Source: a virus
Taxonomy: Duplodnaviria > Caudoviricetes
Direction: 5' to 3' (one strand)
DNA: 26,751 nucleotides
IMG/VR virus record: IMGVR_UViG_3300025277_000122
Span: 1-26,751 of that record
Positions 18,083 to 25,127 of the stretch are shown here, piece after piece. The translations under genes were made by a program, and so were the position numbers. Position 1 is the stretch's first letter. Each line of letters starts with the position of its first letter. Under the pieces are notes generated by a model, which worked only from the letters and a program-made list of their open reading frames with translations, was not told the origin of the DNA and ran no database searches.

Positions 18083-18548
18083 ATGTCATATCCACTTCGT
18101 AAGCATCACCTACATTTACATGGAAAAACTTTTCACCTTTTCTTATGTTTCGATTGGAGGCTTCCTTTACTTCTGCTTCAAGCAGTGTGTTGCCGTCTAT
18201 GTGCCATGCCCGTGTACAATCATGATTGAATACAACGAAAGTCAGAAGATCTTCCGGGCAAGTATCTTTCCATTTGTTAAGCAGCCTAAGTTTTCGATAG
18301 GGTATTCTTATTTCCTTCCAACTGTCAGGCCAGTCACTCCTCCAGGAATATTTTATTTCCACTTCATATAGATGTCTGGGTAGACCATGATCAACAAAAG
18401 ATATTATATCAAAGAAAGTTGTTTCATTACTGCTTATATTGGCATGATCTTTTTCTTTGAGCCAGCCAATCATACACTCCTTGGCTTTGGAATCTGCTAC
18501 ATCATAGAGTGCCTTGTCAAAACTTTTCTTTATTCCGGGACTATTCAT
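18066..18548 (-). CDS. Hypothetical protein, possible PD-(D/E)XK fold
   Basis: AGGAG RBS before ATG at 18548; FDI...YEVEIK motif. Confidence 0.6.
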   Translation of the reverse strand: MNSPGIKKSFDKALYDVADSKAKECMIGWLKEKDHANISSNETTFFDIISFVDHGLPRHLYEVEIKYSWRSDWPDSWKEIRIPYRKLRLLNKWKDTCPEDLLTFVVFNHDCTRAWHIDGNTLLEAEVKEASNRNIRKGEKFFHVNVGDAYEVDMTYESSS

Positions 18549-18586
18549 GTAAGTTTTCTCCTGTGATATCCAAAGTACATTAACTT

Positions 18587-18886
18587 TTACCAACCCATCA
18601 TGGCTCTTGTTTCTTCTGGTACTGAATCAACTGTAAACGGTGGTTCAAATGTAGTTATAACATTAACAATTCGTACATTATCAACTAATCCTGCTTGGCG
18701 AATATTGCTAATAATTTCATCCGCAAAGGGACAGAAAGCAGACGTAAGGGTATGTGTAATATCTACACTATATTCAGCGGTACAGGTTTCAACATCGTAG
18801 ATCAACCCCAGATCATATACATTTATACTAATCTCAGGATCAAATACCTCTCTTAGATTAGCAATTATGTGGTCTTTATCGATCAT
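18587..18886 (-). CDS. DUF59 / SufT / MIP18-family Fe-S assembly protein
   Basis: LREVFDPEISINVYDLGLIY, TLTSAFCP and FEPP, giving the DPE-T-CP signature. Confidence 0.9.
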   Translation of the reverse strand: MIDKDHIIANLREVFDPEISINVYDLGLIYDVETCTAEYSVDITHTLTSAFCPFADEIISNIRQAGLVDNVRIVNVITTFEPPFTVDSVPEETRAMMGW

Positions 18887-19536
18887 TGGGTTAAACTTTC
18901 CTCTTCCAACTGTTTATAAAATTCACCTACTGTAATAATTTGTTTAGGTGTTGCTGATGTTTTAATACAATTTGCTAACCAACTAATCCAAATAACATTG
19001 CCTCTTACGTATCCTCCTGATGGGTCTATTCTATCAACAGATGGTGACAATCTCCAATCCGAATCATATCCCGCTTTCATTTCTACATTTAATGCAGGAC
19101 ACTTACCATCTTCAGGATAAATACTTTGTAAATACTTTCCATCCAGATCATAGAGTATTTTGTTTTTTCTGGATTTAATTTTTAATTTACTTGCTCTTTC
19201 TCCAAAATACCTATACACCTCAGTAGTTGGTTTGGCTCTGCTCTTATCATATTCTTTTTGATACTCTGTTAGACGCTCTTTATTTTTTTGATAATATTCT
19301 TTCATATACTCTGCTTTACGCTCTTTATTTTTCTGTTTATATTCTTTATCATACTCTGCTATACGCTCTTTATTTTTCTGTTTATATTCTTTATCATACT
19401 CTGCTATACGCTCTTTATTTTCCTTTCTATATTCTTTACCACACTCTGCTATACGCTCTTTATTTTTCTGTCTATATTCTTTTAGACGCTCTTTATTTTT
19501 TTGATAATATTCTTTCTGGTATTCCGCTCTAGACAT
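18883..19536 (-). CDS. HNH-like endonuclease with N-terminal 15-aa tandem repeats
   Basis: CPAL, SPSVDRIDPSGGYVRGNVIWISWLAN..K; repeats of KEYxQKNKERIAEYx. Confidence 0.75.
   Translation of the reverse strand: MSRAEYQKEYYQKNKERLKEYRQKNKERIAECGKEYRKENKERIAEYDKEYKQKNKERIAEYDKEYKQKNKERKAEYMKEYYQKNKERLTEYQKEYDKSRAKPTTEVYRYFGERASKLKIKSRKNKILYDLDGKYLQSIYPEDGKCPALNVEMKAGYDSDWRLSPSVDRIDPSGGYVRGNVIWISWLANCIKTSATPKQIITVGEFYKQLEEESLTQ
19247..19520. repeat. 45-nt coding tandem repeat, about 6 units
   Basis: Unit atactctgctatacgctctttatttttctgtttatattctttatc at 19261, 19306, 19351, 19396 and 19441, plus a shortened unit. Confidence 0.92.
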
Positions 19537-21170
19537 CAGTCAGTATCTTCCAGAAAGGGGTTGTCGATCTGTGTCATACGACCCGTATCTTTATTGTAGT
19601 GCAGGTAGCAAGCTACTCCTGTGTCTCCAGTGTATCTGTTCTTTAATATCCTAACCGTAGTTGTGTTGGCTTCTATCTCATCGTCTGCCTGCTGGTTTCT
19701 TTCAAGGGCTATGACACTATCAGAGAGATGTGCGATACTTGCTGAACCTCTAAGATGTGAGAGCGATACTTCCTTGCCATCCTCATGTCCTCTGTCACCT
19801 GATGGTCTGCGTAGGTGGGAGACAAGCATAAGACCTATACCTGTTTCCTCCACCAGTGATCGAAGCTTGGTCATAAGAATGTCAATAGACTTACGCTCAT
19901 CACCGTTGTCTTCCTGTCCACTGACAAGAATACTGAGGTGGTCAAGGATTACCCACTTGCAGTCAAGAGCCTTTGCCATGTACCGTACACGATCAAGAAT
20001 CTCATCGTTGTTGATCGATCCAAAATGATCAAAGGCAAAGAACCTCCCGCTGTCTACTGTCTTGTTCTGCCAATCTCTTAGCTGCTCGTCACTAAACTTC
20101 TTTCGTATCTCCCTGATGTACAACCTGGCATCAGCTTCAACTGACATGATATTGAATGCAGTATTCTTTACGTTCTCCTCCATTGCAAGGACACCTATGT
20201 TGTCCTCTGTGCTGCGAAGGATGTGGTGCATAAGCTCCCGCATTGCGGATGACTTGCCCATCCCTGCACCACTGGTGAAGCAGACAAGCTCACCTGTCCT
20301 CATGCCATAGGTCTTTTCATTAAGCTTCGGCCACGGATACAGACACGTCTCGCTGTACGTTTCTTCATAGAGACTTTCACCAAGGTCGGCAAGATTTATT
20401 ATACCTGCTGGTGTATAAGTCTTTGCATTCCACCAGGCTTGAGTAAACTTCTCACGTTGTCCCATCTTGAGATACTCATTGGCATCCTTGTGTTCAAGAT
20501 TTATTATCTTGCATTTGTTTGGTTCGAATAACCTAGCCACCTCCGTAGCTGCTGCCTTACCTGCTGCATCATTGTCAAAACACAGAACAATATTTTCAAA
20601 CCTGTTAAGATATTCAAGCGACTGCTTGCAATTCTTGAGCGCACCTGTAGCACCATTCTTGATGGATACTGAAGCATACTTGGAACCAAGAAGCTGGAAG
20701 GCACTCATGGCATCTATCTCACCCTCACAAACTGTGATGTACTTTCCAGGCTGATTGAACATGTGTTCACCAAACAGACCACACTGACCGAGAGTACCCT
20801 CAGACCAGAAGTCTTTGGTTTGTGTCTTGCGATACTTGTTGGCAAGATTGTTTCCATCCCCATCATAGTAAGGATACCTGTGTTCCGTAATGGTCTGGTT
20901 CTGTCTGGCGACCATGACACCATATCTTTTACAGGTATCCAGTGTTATCTTTCGGTCGGGTATGTCAGACCACACATAAGAATTGTCAGAGATGTTTCTG
21001 GTCTGGATTGGAACTACAGTGTTTTGGGTTGCCATTTTATCTCCGGGTATAACGGTGTTACATTTGTGACAGTATTCATGCCCATCATCATACAATGCAT
21101 TGGCATTGCTTGACCCACATTTTTTGCAGGGTATATGTTTTATAAAAGTATTATCTAAATATTTTACCAT
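19536..21170 (-). CDS. T7 gp4-like DNA primase-helicase
   Basis: Zn finger CKKC...CHKC, TOPRIM CEGEID and FDND, Walker A SGAGMGKS, ILDHL, LRGS, KNRYTG. Confidence 0.95.
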   Translation of the reverse strand: MVKYLDNTFIKHIPCKKCGSSNANALYDDGHEYCHKCNTVIPGDKMATQNTVVPIQTRNISDNSYVWSDIPDRKITLDTCKRYGVMVARQNQTITEHRYPYYDGDGNNLANKYRKTQTKDFWSEGTLGQCGLFGEHMFNQPGKYITVCEGEIDAMSAFQLLGSKYASVSIKNGATGALKNCKQSLEYLNRFENIVLCFDNDAAGKAAATEVARLFEPNKCKIINLEHKDANEYLKMGQREKFTQAWWNAKTYTPAGIINLADLGESLYEETYSETCLYPWPKLNEKTYGMRTGELVCFTSGAGMGKSSAMRELMHHILRSTEDNIGVLAMEENVKNTAFNIMSVEADARLYIREIRKKFSDEQLRDWQNKTVDSGRFFAFDHFGSINNDEILDRVRYMAKALDCKWVILDHLSILVSGQEDNGDERKSIDILMTKLRSLVEETGIGLMLVSHLRRPSGDRGHEDGKEVSLSHLRGSASIAHLSDSVIALERNQQADDEIEANTTTVRILKNRYTGDTGVACYLHYNKDTGRMTQIDNPFLEDTD

Positions 21171-21189
21171 TTTCCTTTACTCATGTCAA
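21161..21189 (-). promoter_or_regulatory. Sigma70-type promoter overlapping the primase start codon
   Basis: TTGACA-17 nt-TAAAAT with extended TGn. Confidence 0.6.
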
Positions 21190-21358
21190 GGAGTTCCTTG
21201 CATAGTTCTTTTCTGTAACCCATGATCTCCTTTTCCATTGATACAAGTGTTTCGATCTTGTCTATTCTGTCCATCTTTCTCCACGCAGCCTTAAAAGATA
21301 AGGTGGGTTGAACCCTCTCTCCACTGCTATAGATTTCTAAGAGTACGTCCATTTTCAT
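21164..21358 (-). CDS. Hypothetical protein
   Basis: GAGG RBS before ATG at 21358/21352; the 3' part of the 106-aa ORF. Confidence 0.55.
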   Translation of the reverse strand: MKMDVLLEIYSSGERVQPTLSFKAAWRKMDRIDKIETLVSMEKEIMGYRKELCKELLDMSKGKW

Positions 21359-21512
21359 TCCCTCTTTTGATTGAATAAATTTTATCACTGCTGGCTCCCA
21401 GGTGCTGAGTGAGGCGCTCTCTGTTTTTGATTTCCTCTTCAGCTTCTCTGCGAGTTTTAAAACGCTTGATAACCACATCACCAAAATCTTTCTTTAACAT
21501 CAGGTTCCACAT
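21327..21512 (-). CDS. Hypothetical protein
   Basis: GGAGG RBS before ATG at 21512; FKTRREAEEE motif. Confidence 0.55.
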   Translation of the reverse strand: MWNLMLKKDFGDVVIKRFKTRREAEEEIKNRERLTQHLGASSDKIYSIKRGNENGRTLRNL

Positions 21513-22171
21513 AAAGCCCTCCATGATACATCAAATAAATTTTTCATCTCATTATGTATGTCAGTGGCTATGTCTCTTGTTTCTTTCTGGGCATCATCGC
21601 TCATTCTTAATTTACACACCCTTGCAAAGGCAGCAAGAGATCCAGACCAGAACCACTCAGTATTCATAGACTGAGGGAGTACACTGCGGGCCTGCTCAGG
21701 ACACACACCAGATTTCAACATGAAGTTATAGGCATCTCTTGCGTGGCGTACTGCATCAGCATAGACATGCTGCATACTCTCCTGTTTGTCCACAGGTTCC
21801 TCACTTGATCCCTGCTTTTTGTTGTCTGCCTTACCTCTCCATACCAGTGGGGTCCAGAAGTCTGGATCGTAATCGACATAACGTCTGCTAATCTCATTCC
21901 ATACCAGACCAACCTGGTGTTTCATTAACTGTCTTGCTACAAATACAGGTGCTTCGATCCTGAACTGTGCAAAGCAGTGACCGAAGGGCGTCCAGTGATT
22001 ATGTCTTGCCAGATATCCTATCAGCTTTTCATCCTTCTCTGACAGGTTGCCTTCCAGGACACCACCAAAAGGGATAGCCTCCCATTCTGATTCCTTGTCA
22101 AAGGACACCCTTGCTGCATTGACAACAGTCAAATCACTTCCCATATGAGTGATAAGTTTAACAGTCATCAA
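21500..22171 (-). CDS. thyX: Flavin-dependent thymidylate synthase
   Basis: VVNAARVSF, HNHWTPFGH, VARQLMKH..WNEISRRY, EQARSVLP, AQKE. Confidence 0.93.
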   Translation of the reverse strand: MMTVKLITHMGSDLTVVNAARVSFDKESEWEAIPFGGVLEGNLSEKDEKLIGYLARHNHWTPFGHCFAQFRIEAPVFVARQLMKHQVGLVWNEISRRYVDYDPDFWTPLVWRGKADNKKQGSSEEPVDKQESMQHVYADAVRHARDAYNFMLKSGVCPEQARSVLPQSMNTEWFWSGSLAAFARVCKLRMSDDAQKETRDIATDIHNEMKNLFDVSWRALCGT

Positions 22172-22343
22172 AAGTATCAGACAACAGGTTTTCTATGAAG
22201 TCTTCCTTGTCCTGCATGATCTCATCCACCTCCAGCTTGGCGAGCTTACGAGACTCTTTTGGATCGTATCCTTCTTCAGAATACTGTCGAAAGAGATCTC
22301 GAAACAGTGTGCTTCTCTCCCTCTGCCATAAATTCTTAGCCAT
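22158..22343 (-). CDS. Hypothetical protein
   Basis: 61 aa; GAGG RBS; coupled to its neighbours. Confidence 0.55.
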   Translation of the reverse strand: MAKNLWQRERSTLFRDLFRQYSEEGYDPKESRKLAKLEVDEIMQDKEDFIENLLSDTFDDC

Positions 22344-22510
22344 TATTCTTCCTCTAAGTCCTCAAAAAAAGTATCAATATCTTTAGGATCATTAACATTA
22401 TAACCCTGATCTTTCATTAGGTTCCAAAGTTCCTTTGAATAACCATAAGCTATTCTGTTCTGATCTTCTTTTCTTTCCACATACTTCTGAAAGTTATATA
22501 TCTTTTTCAT
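22343..22510 (-). CDS. Hypothetical 55-aa protein (not in ORF track)
   Basis: MKKIYNFQKY...DTFFEDLEEE; TAATG coupling to the downstream gene. Confidence 0.55.
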   Translation of the reverse strand: MKKIYNFQKYVERKEDQNRIAYGYSKELWNLMKDQGYNVNDPKDIDTFFEDLEEE

Positions 22511-22655
22511 AAAGTTCTATCCACTGGGATTTATGTTGGGCTTCCTGTTTTACTTTAGATATTTCTTTAAGTTGTTTCTTGATAGTTTCAGACTGTTCAT
22601 CATTTATTTTTCTTAATTGTTTAACCTGTTTTCTCAGTACTTCAAGTTCATTCAT
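22494..22655 (-). CDS. Hypothetical 53-aa coiled-coil protein (not in ORF track)
   Basis: AGGAG RBS; MNELEVLRKQVKQLRK...; first gene after the promoter at 22679-22707. Confidence 0.55.
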   Translation of the reverse strand: MNELEVLRKQVKQLRKINDEQSETIKKQLKEISKVKQEAQHKSQWIELYEKDI

Positions 22656-22678
22656 AAGTAACTCCTAATAAGTTATTT

Positions 22679-22707
22679 AGTATACACCTATTTGTATCTC
22701 ATGTCAA
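22679..22707 (-). promoter_or_regulatory. Sigma70-type promoter
   Basis: TTGACA-17 nt-TATACT spanning the end of the hydrolase gene. Confidence 0.75.
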
Positions 22708-23179
22708 TGTAAAAAATATGTTTACCTATCTGACCTAGCTCCATGAAGTTTTCGGCATGTCTCCAATGGGGGTTGACATAGGTTGCATGATAGTGGGTAG
22801 CACCTAGCGTAGCTTCAACTGAGACCCCATTGATTGCCATCTCAGCTATGGAGATAGACTTCTTCAGAGCATGTATCTCTTTCATTCTTTCGGGCTTTCC
22901 ATCACACCAATAGGAGAACATACACTGATGTCTTACTGGTTGTCCTCTCCTGTTATATATTCCCTGATGCACTACACCACAAATGGTGTTGGGAAACCTC
23001 TCATCTCTCACTCTCTGAAGTACAACATTTGCAACCGAGAGTTGTGCTATCACGGGTTCGGATCTTGCTTCATAATATATAGCTTCAACCAGACAGTTAA
23101 GTTCACTGGCCTTAACCGTTGAAAACAATACACAAATTGTTAGATAGATGAGTGCCATTAACAATAATATTTTTCTCAT
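22688..23179 (-). CDS. Cell wall hydrolase, SleB / Hydrolase_2 family
   Basis: Signal-like N-terminus; CLVEAIYYEARSE, VANVVLQRV, FPNTICGVVHQ, FSYWCDG, GATHYHATYVNPHW. Confidence 0.9.
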   Translation of the reverse strand: MRKILLLMALIYLTICVLFSTVKASELNCLVEAIYYEARSEPVIAQLSVANVVLQRVRDERFPNTICGVVHQGIYNRRGQPVRHQCMFSYWCDGKPERMKEIHALKKSISIAEMAINGVSVEATLGATHYHATYVNPHWRHAENFMELGQIGKHIFYIDMRYK

Positions 23180-23370
23180 TAGTGTATCCTCTGTATCTCT
23201 ATTTCAAAAGGAAAACCAAACTCCAGTTCCCGTAGTCCAGACTCAGCCAGGAAGATAGCTGCTTCCTCCCTTGTCTGAAAGGTTTGAAGGGCAGTACCTT
23301 CCTGGTTTATCATGGCATCAACACCCTCGAAGCCTGCTTCTTTATCAAGCTGAACAATTATATAGCTCAT
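23179..23370 (-). CDS. Hypothetical protein
   Basis: 63 aa; GGAG RBS; FQTREEA motif. Confidence 0.6.
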   Translation of the reverse strand: MSYIIVQLDKEAGFEGVDAMINQEGTALQTFQTREEAAIFLAESGLRELEFGFPFEIEIQRIH

Positions 23371-23391
23371 TATTTTTCTCCACTTTTGGGT

Positions 23392-23514
23392 TAGGAAGGG
23401 GGGGAATTGAACCCCCCATTAGGTAGCTGTACCTACCTTGCTGCATTGTACAGACCTCCAGCACAACTACTTGTACCTTCGCAGGTTTACAGCATTCATT
23501 CACCAGACTTCCCA
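23392..23514 (-). ncRNA. tRNA-like structured RNA with pseudoknot, copy 1
   Basis: Intergenic. Acceptor-like stem UGGGAAG/CUUCCUA, T-arm GGGGGG-UUCAAUU-CCCCCC, stem GCUGUA/UGCAGC and arm AGGUAG-GUACAG-CUACCU; covaries with copy 2. Confidence 0.8.
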
Positions 23515-23621
23515 TAATGTTTATTTATTAGCTCCACTTCTAGGTCGTTTCATAGATGTCGAGGCGTGGTACTCCGAGATATTGAATTGAAAAATATCCC
23601 GAAGTTGTTTCATGACCACAC

Positions 23622-24032
23622 TCATTCCATATCCAGTGAAATCTCCCAACCCTTCTGGGTTAGGTAGTCTATTGCATCAGCTTCAATGCAATCTGCTGCA
23701 TCAATTCTCTCCTCCGAATTACCGTGAATGGGACAAGAGATTGGATTTGCAACTGGGAGAACACACTCACAGATTTCCCCTGAATTAACTGGTTCTACCC
23801 AGCCTTGGCTCTCTGCAAACTCAAGCAGATTACCAAGACCTTTATAGGTATAGATCTTATAAGATTTCATATTCATGCCGCAATCAACTCCTTCCTTCAG
23901 GGTTGTCTGTAAAGCATGTAACTTCTTAATACACTGTGACAATATGTCGCCATCATAAAGTCTAACCTGCCCATTAAGTTGCAGGTTAGACAATATCTCA
24001 AGTGCTTCTTCAAGGGCTTCAGTGGATGTCAT
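23622..24032 (-). CDS. Hypothetical protein
   Basis: 136-aa ORF in the early-gene run; possible internal start at 23876. Confidence 0.55.
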   Translation of the reverse strand: MTSTEALEEALEILSNLQLNGQVRLYDGDILSQCIKKLHALQTTLKEGVDCGMNMKSYKIYTYKGLGNLLEFAESQGWVEPVNSGEICECVLPVANPISCPIHGNSEERIDAADCIEADAIDYLTQKGWEISLDME

Positions 24033-24243
24033 ACTCTACACACTCTATCCAATCGTCGTAACCCTCTGTGGCTGACTTCATTTCGTTTTCAATCCATCCA
24101 TTGAGGTCTTCAAGATCAATCGGATCATCATTAATATGAATCAGTTCGAGATATTCCTCCACCATTGGGAGGCACCATGAGTCATCCGACAGATCGACGA
24201 ACTGCCAGACTTCCTCTTCACTACGAAATTCTGGGATGAACAT
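24019..24243 (-). CDS. Hypothetical acidic protein
   Basis: 74 aa; TGATG coupling. Confidence 0.6.
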   Translation of the reverse strand: MFIPEFRSEEEVWQFVDLSDDSWCLPMVEEYLELIHINDDPIDLEDLNGWIENEMKSATEGYDDWIECVEYDIH

Positions 24244-24461
24244 CAGTCAATTTCCTTTTCTTTTGCCTCTGTTGTGATTGTCTCAAGTGTCTGCCCATAT
24301 GGAAGGAACAATTTGAGATCGTTCCTGGAAGTTTCGTCAGTCCACTTGTCAGTTGACGTAACTGATACAGTTACACAGGAAAACCAGCCATCACCTGAAC
24401 TACCCTTGTGATGAACTGTTTCACTTTTGATTTCCGTGACGTTGTGTATGCTCATTTCCAT
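24243..24461 (-). CDS. Hypothetical protein
   Basis: 72 aa; AAGGAG RBS. Confidence 0.6.
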   Translation of the reverse strand: MEMSIHNVTEIKSETVHHKGSSGDGWFSCVTVSVTSTDKWTDETSRNDLKLFLPYGQTLETITTEAKEKEID

Positions 24462-24462
24462 A

Positions 24463-24687
24463 TTACTTCTCCTTGGTTAAAGATTCTGTGACTACGCCAC
24501 ACATTACATCATTGAATGCCTTACAAATTAACTGAATACCCATAAGGGTAGTTGGCGCTTTTGTTATAGTATAACACATCGCTGTCTTTAGAGATAGTTC
24601 TGCTATTTCCAGAGGCTGCTTTCCTTCCTCATCAAGGAACTTGAGTTCGCTTGCCAGCCTCTCTGTTATTTCCTCATAATGCCTCAT
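24463..24687 (-). CDS. Hypothetical protein
   Basis: 74 aa; AGGAG RBS just downstream of RNA copy 2. Confidence 0.6.
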   Translation of the reverse strand: MRHYEEITERLASELKFLDEEGKQPLEIAELSLKTAMCYTITKAPTTLMGIQLICKAFNDVMCGVVTESLTKEK

Positions 24688-24711
24688 TGTAAATCACTCC
24701 TAATGAGTAGC

Positions 24712-24842
24712 TGGAAGGGGGAGGAGTCGAACCTCCCGTTAGATGTCTGTACCCACCTCGCTGCATTTTGCATAGTACAGACCTCTAGCACAATTTCTCA
24801 TGCCGTCTCAGGCTTGCAGCGTTCACTCTACCGGACCTTCCA
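24712..24842 (-). ncRNA. tRNA-like structured RNA with pseudoknot, copy 2
   Basis: Intergenic. UGGAAGG/CCUUCCA, T-arm GGGAGG-UUCGACU-CCUCCC, GCUGCA/UGCAGC and arm AGGUG-GGUACAGA-CAUCU. Confidence 0.8.
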
Positions 24843-24847
24843 CATTT

Positions 24848-25003
24848 TTAAACTTCTCCAATCTCAGGTTTAATATTCTTTTTCTTATTGGGTATTACTT
24901 TACTACGAAACAGACGTGATGTCAAGACCTTTCCATATGGGTTTCTTTTTATTCCATATCTACGGTGTTGCTTCCCCATCCTGCCTTTCTTTTTTCTTCC
25001 CAT
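24848..25003 (-). CDS. 51-aa basic protein resembling alternative ribosome-rescue factor ArfA (not in ORF track)
   Basis: Strong GAGGAGG RBS; MGRKKKGRMGKQHRRYGIKRNPYGKVLTSRLFRSKVIPNKKKNIKPEIGEV; QH....IK.N.....L...LFR..V..NKK pattern. Confidence 0.6.
   Translation of the reverse strand: MGRKKKGRMGKQHRRYGIKRNPYGKVLTSRLFRSKVIPNKKKNIKPEIGEV
24897..24925 (-). promoter_or_regulatory. Sigma70-type promoter upstream of RNA copy 2, inside the ArfA-like ORF
   Basis: TTGACA-17 nt-TAAAGT. Confidence 0.55.
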
Positions 25004-25125
25004 TTTTCCTCCTCCTCAACATAATTCTTGTATGCTTCATGTCTGTTGAGAACAGACCACCACCAGGATGGCATTACCTCATAGCGGAGCCGCTGTTCCT
25101 GTTCCCATTCATACTTGGTCAGCAT
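24949..25125 (-). CDS. Hypothetical 58-aa protein (not in ORF track)
   Basis: MLTKYEWEQEQRLRYEVMPSWWW...; AAGGA RBS; starts right after the MTase stop. Confidence 0.5.
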   Translation of the reverse strand: MLTKYEWEQEQRLRYEVMPSWWWSVLNRHEAYKNYVEEEEKWEEKRKAGWGSNTVDME

Positions 25126-25127
25126 TA

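Noticed and set aside
19247-19520. CRISPR array
   Set aside because: Contiguous 45-nt in-frame coding repeats with no unique spacers.
23392-23514. Canonical tRNA, tRNA-Sec or full tmRNA
   Set aside because: No D-stem, no 7-nt anticodon loop, no encoded CCA, no G3-U70 alanine identity, and too short for a tag reading frame.
23480-23514. Cobalamin riboswitch (GGGAAGUCUGGUGAA resembles its start, and the phage has a B12-dependent RNR) or RNase P RNA start
   Set aside because: The P4 partner strand, GCCACUG and B12 box are absent. The 5' bases instead pair with the 3' end, with covariation, and the element is far too short for RNase P.
24790-24815. Hammerhead core (CUGAGA...GAAA) in RNA copy 2
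   Set aside because: Not CUGAnGA, GAAA is a hairpin tetraloop, and neither is conserved in copy 1.
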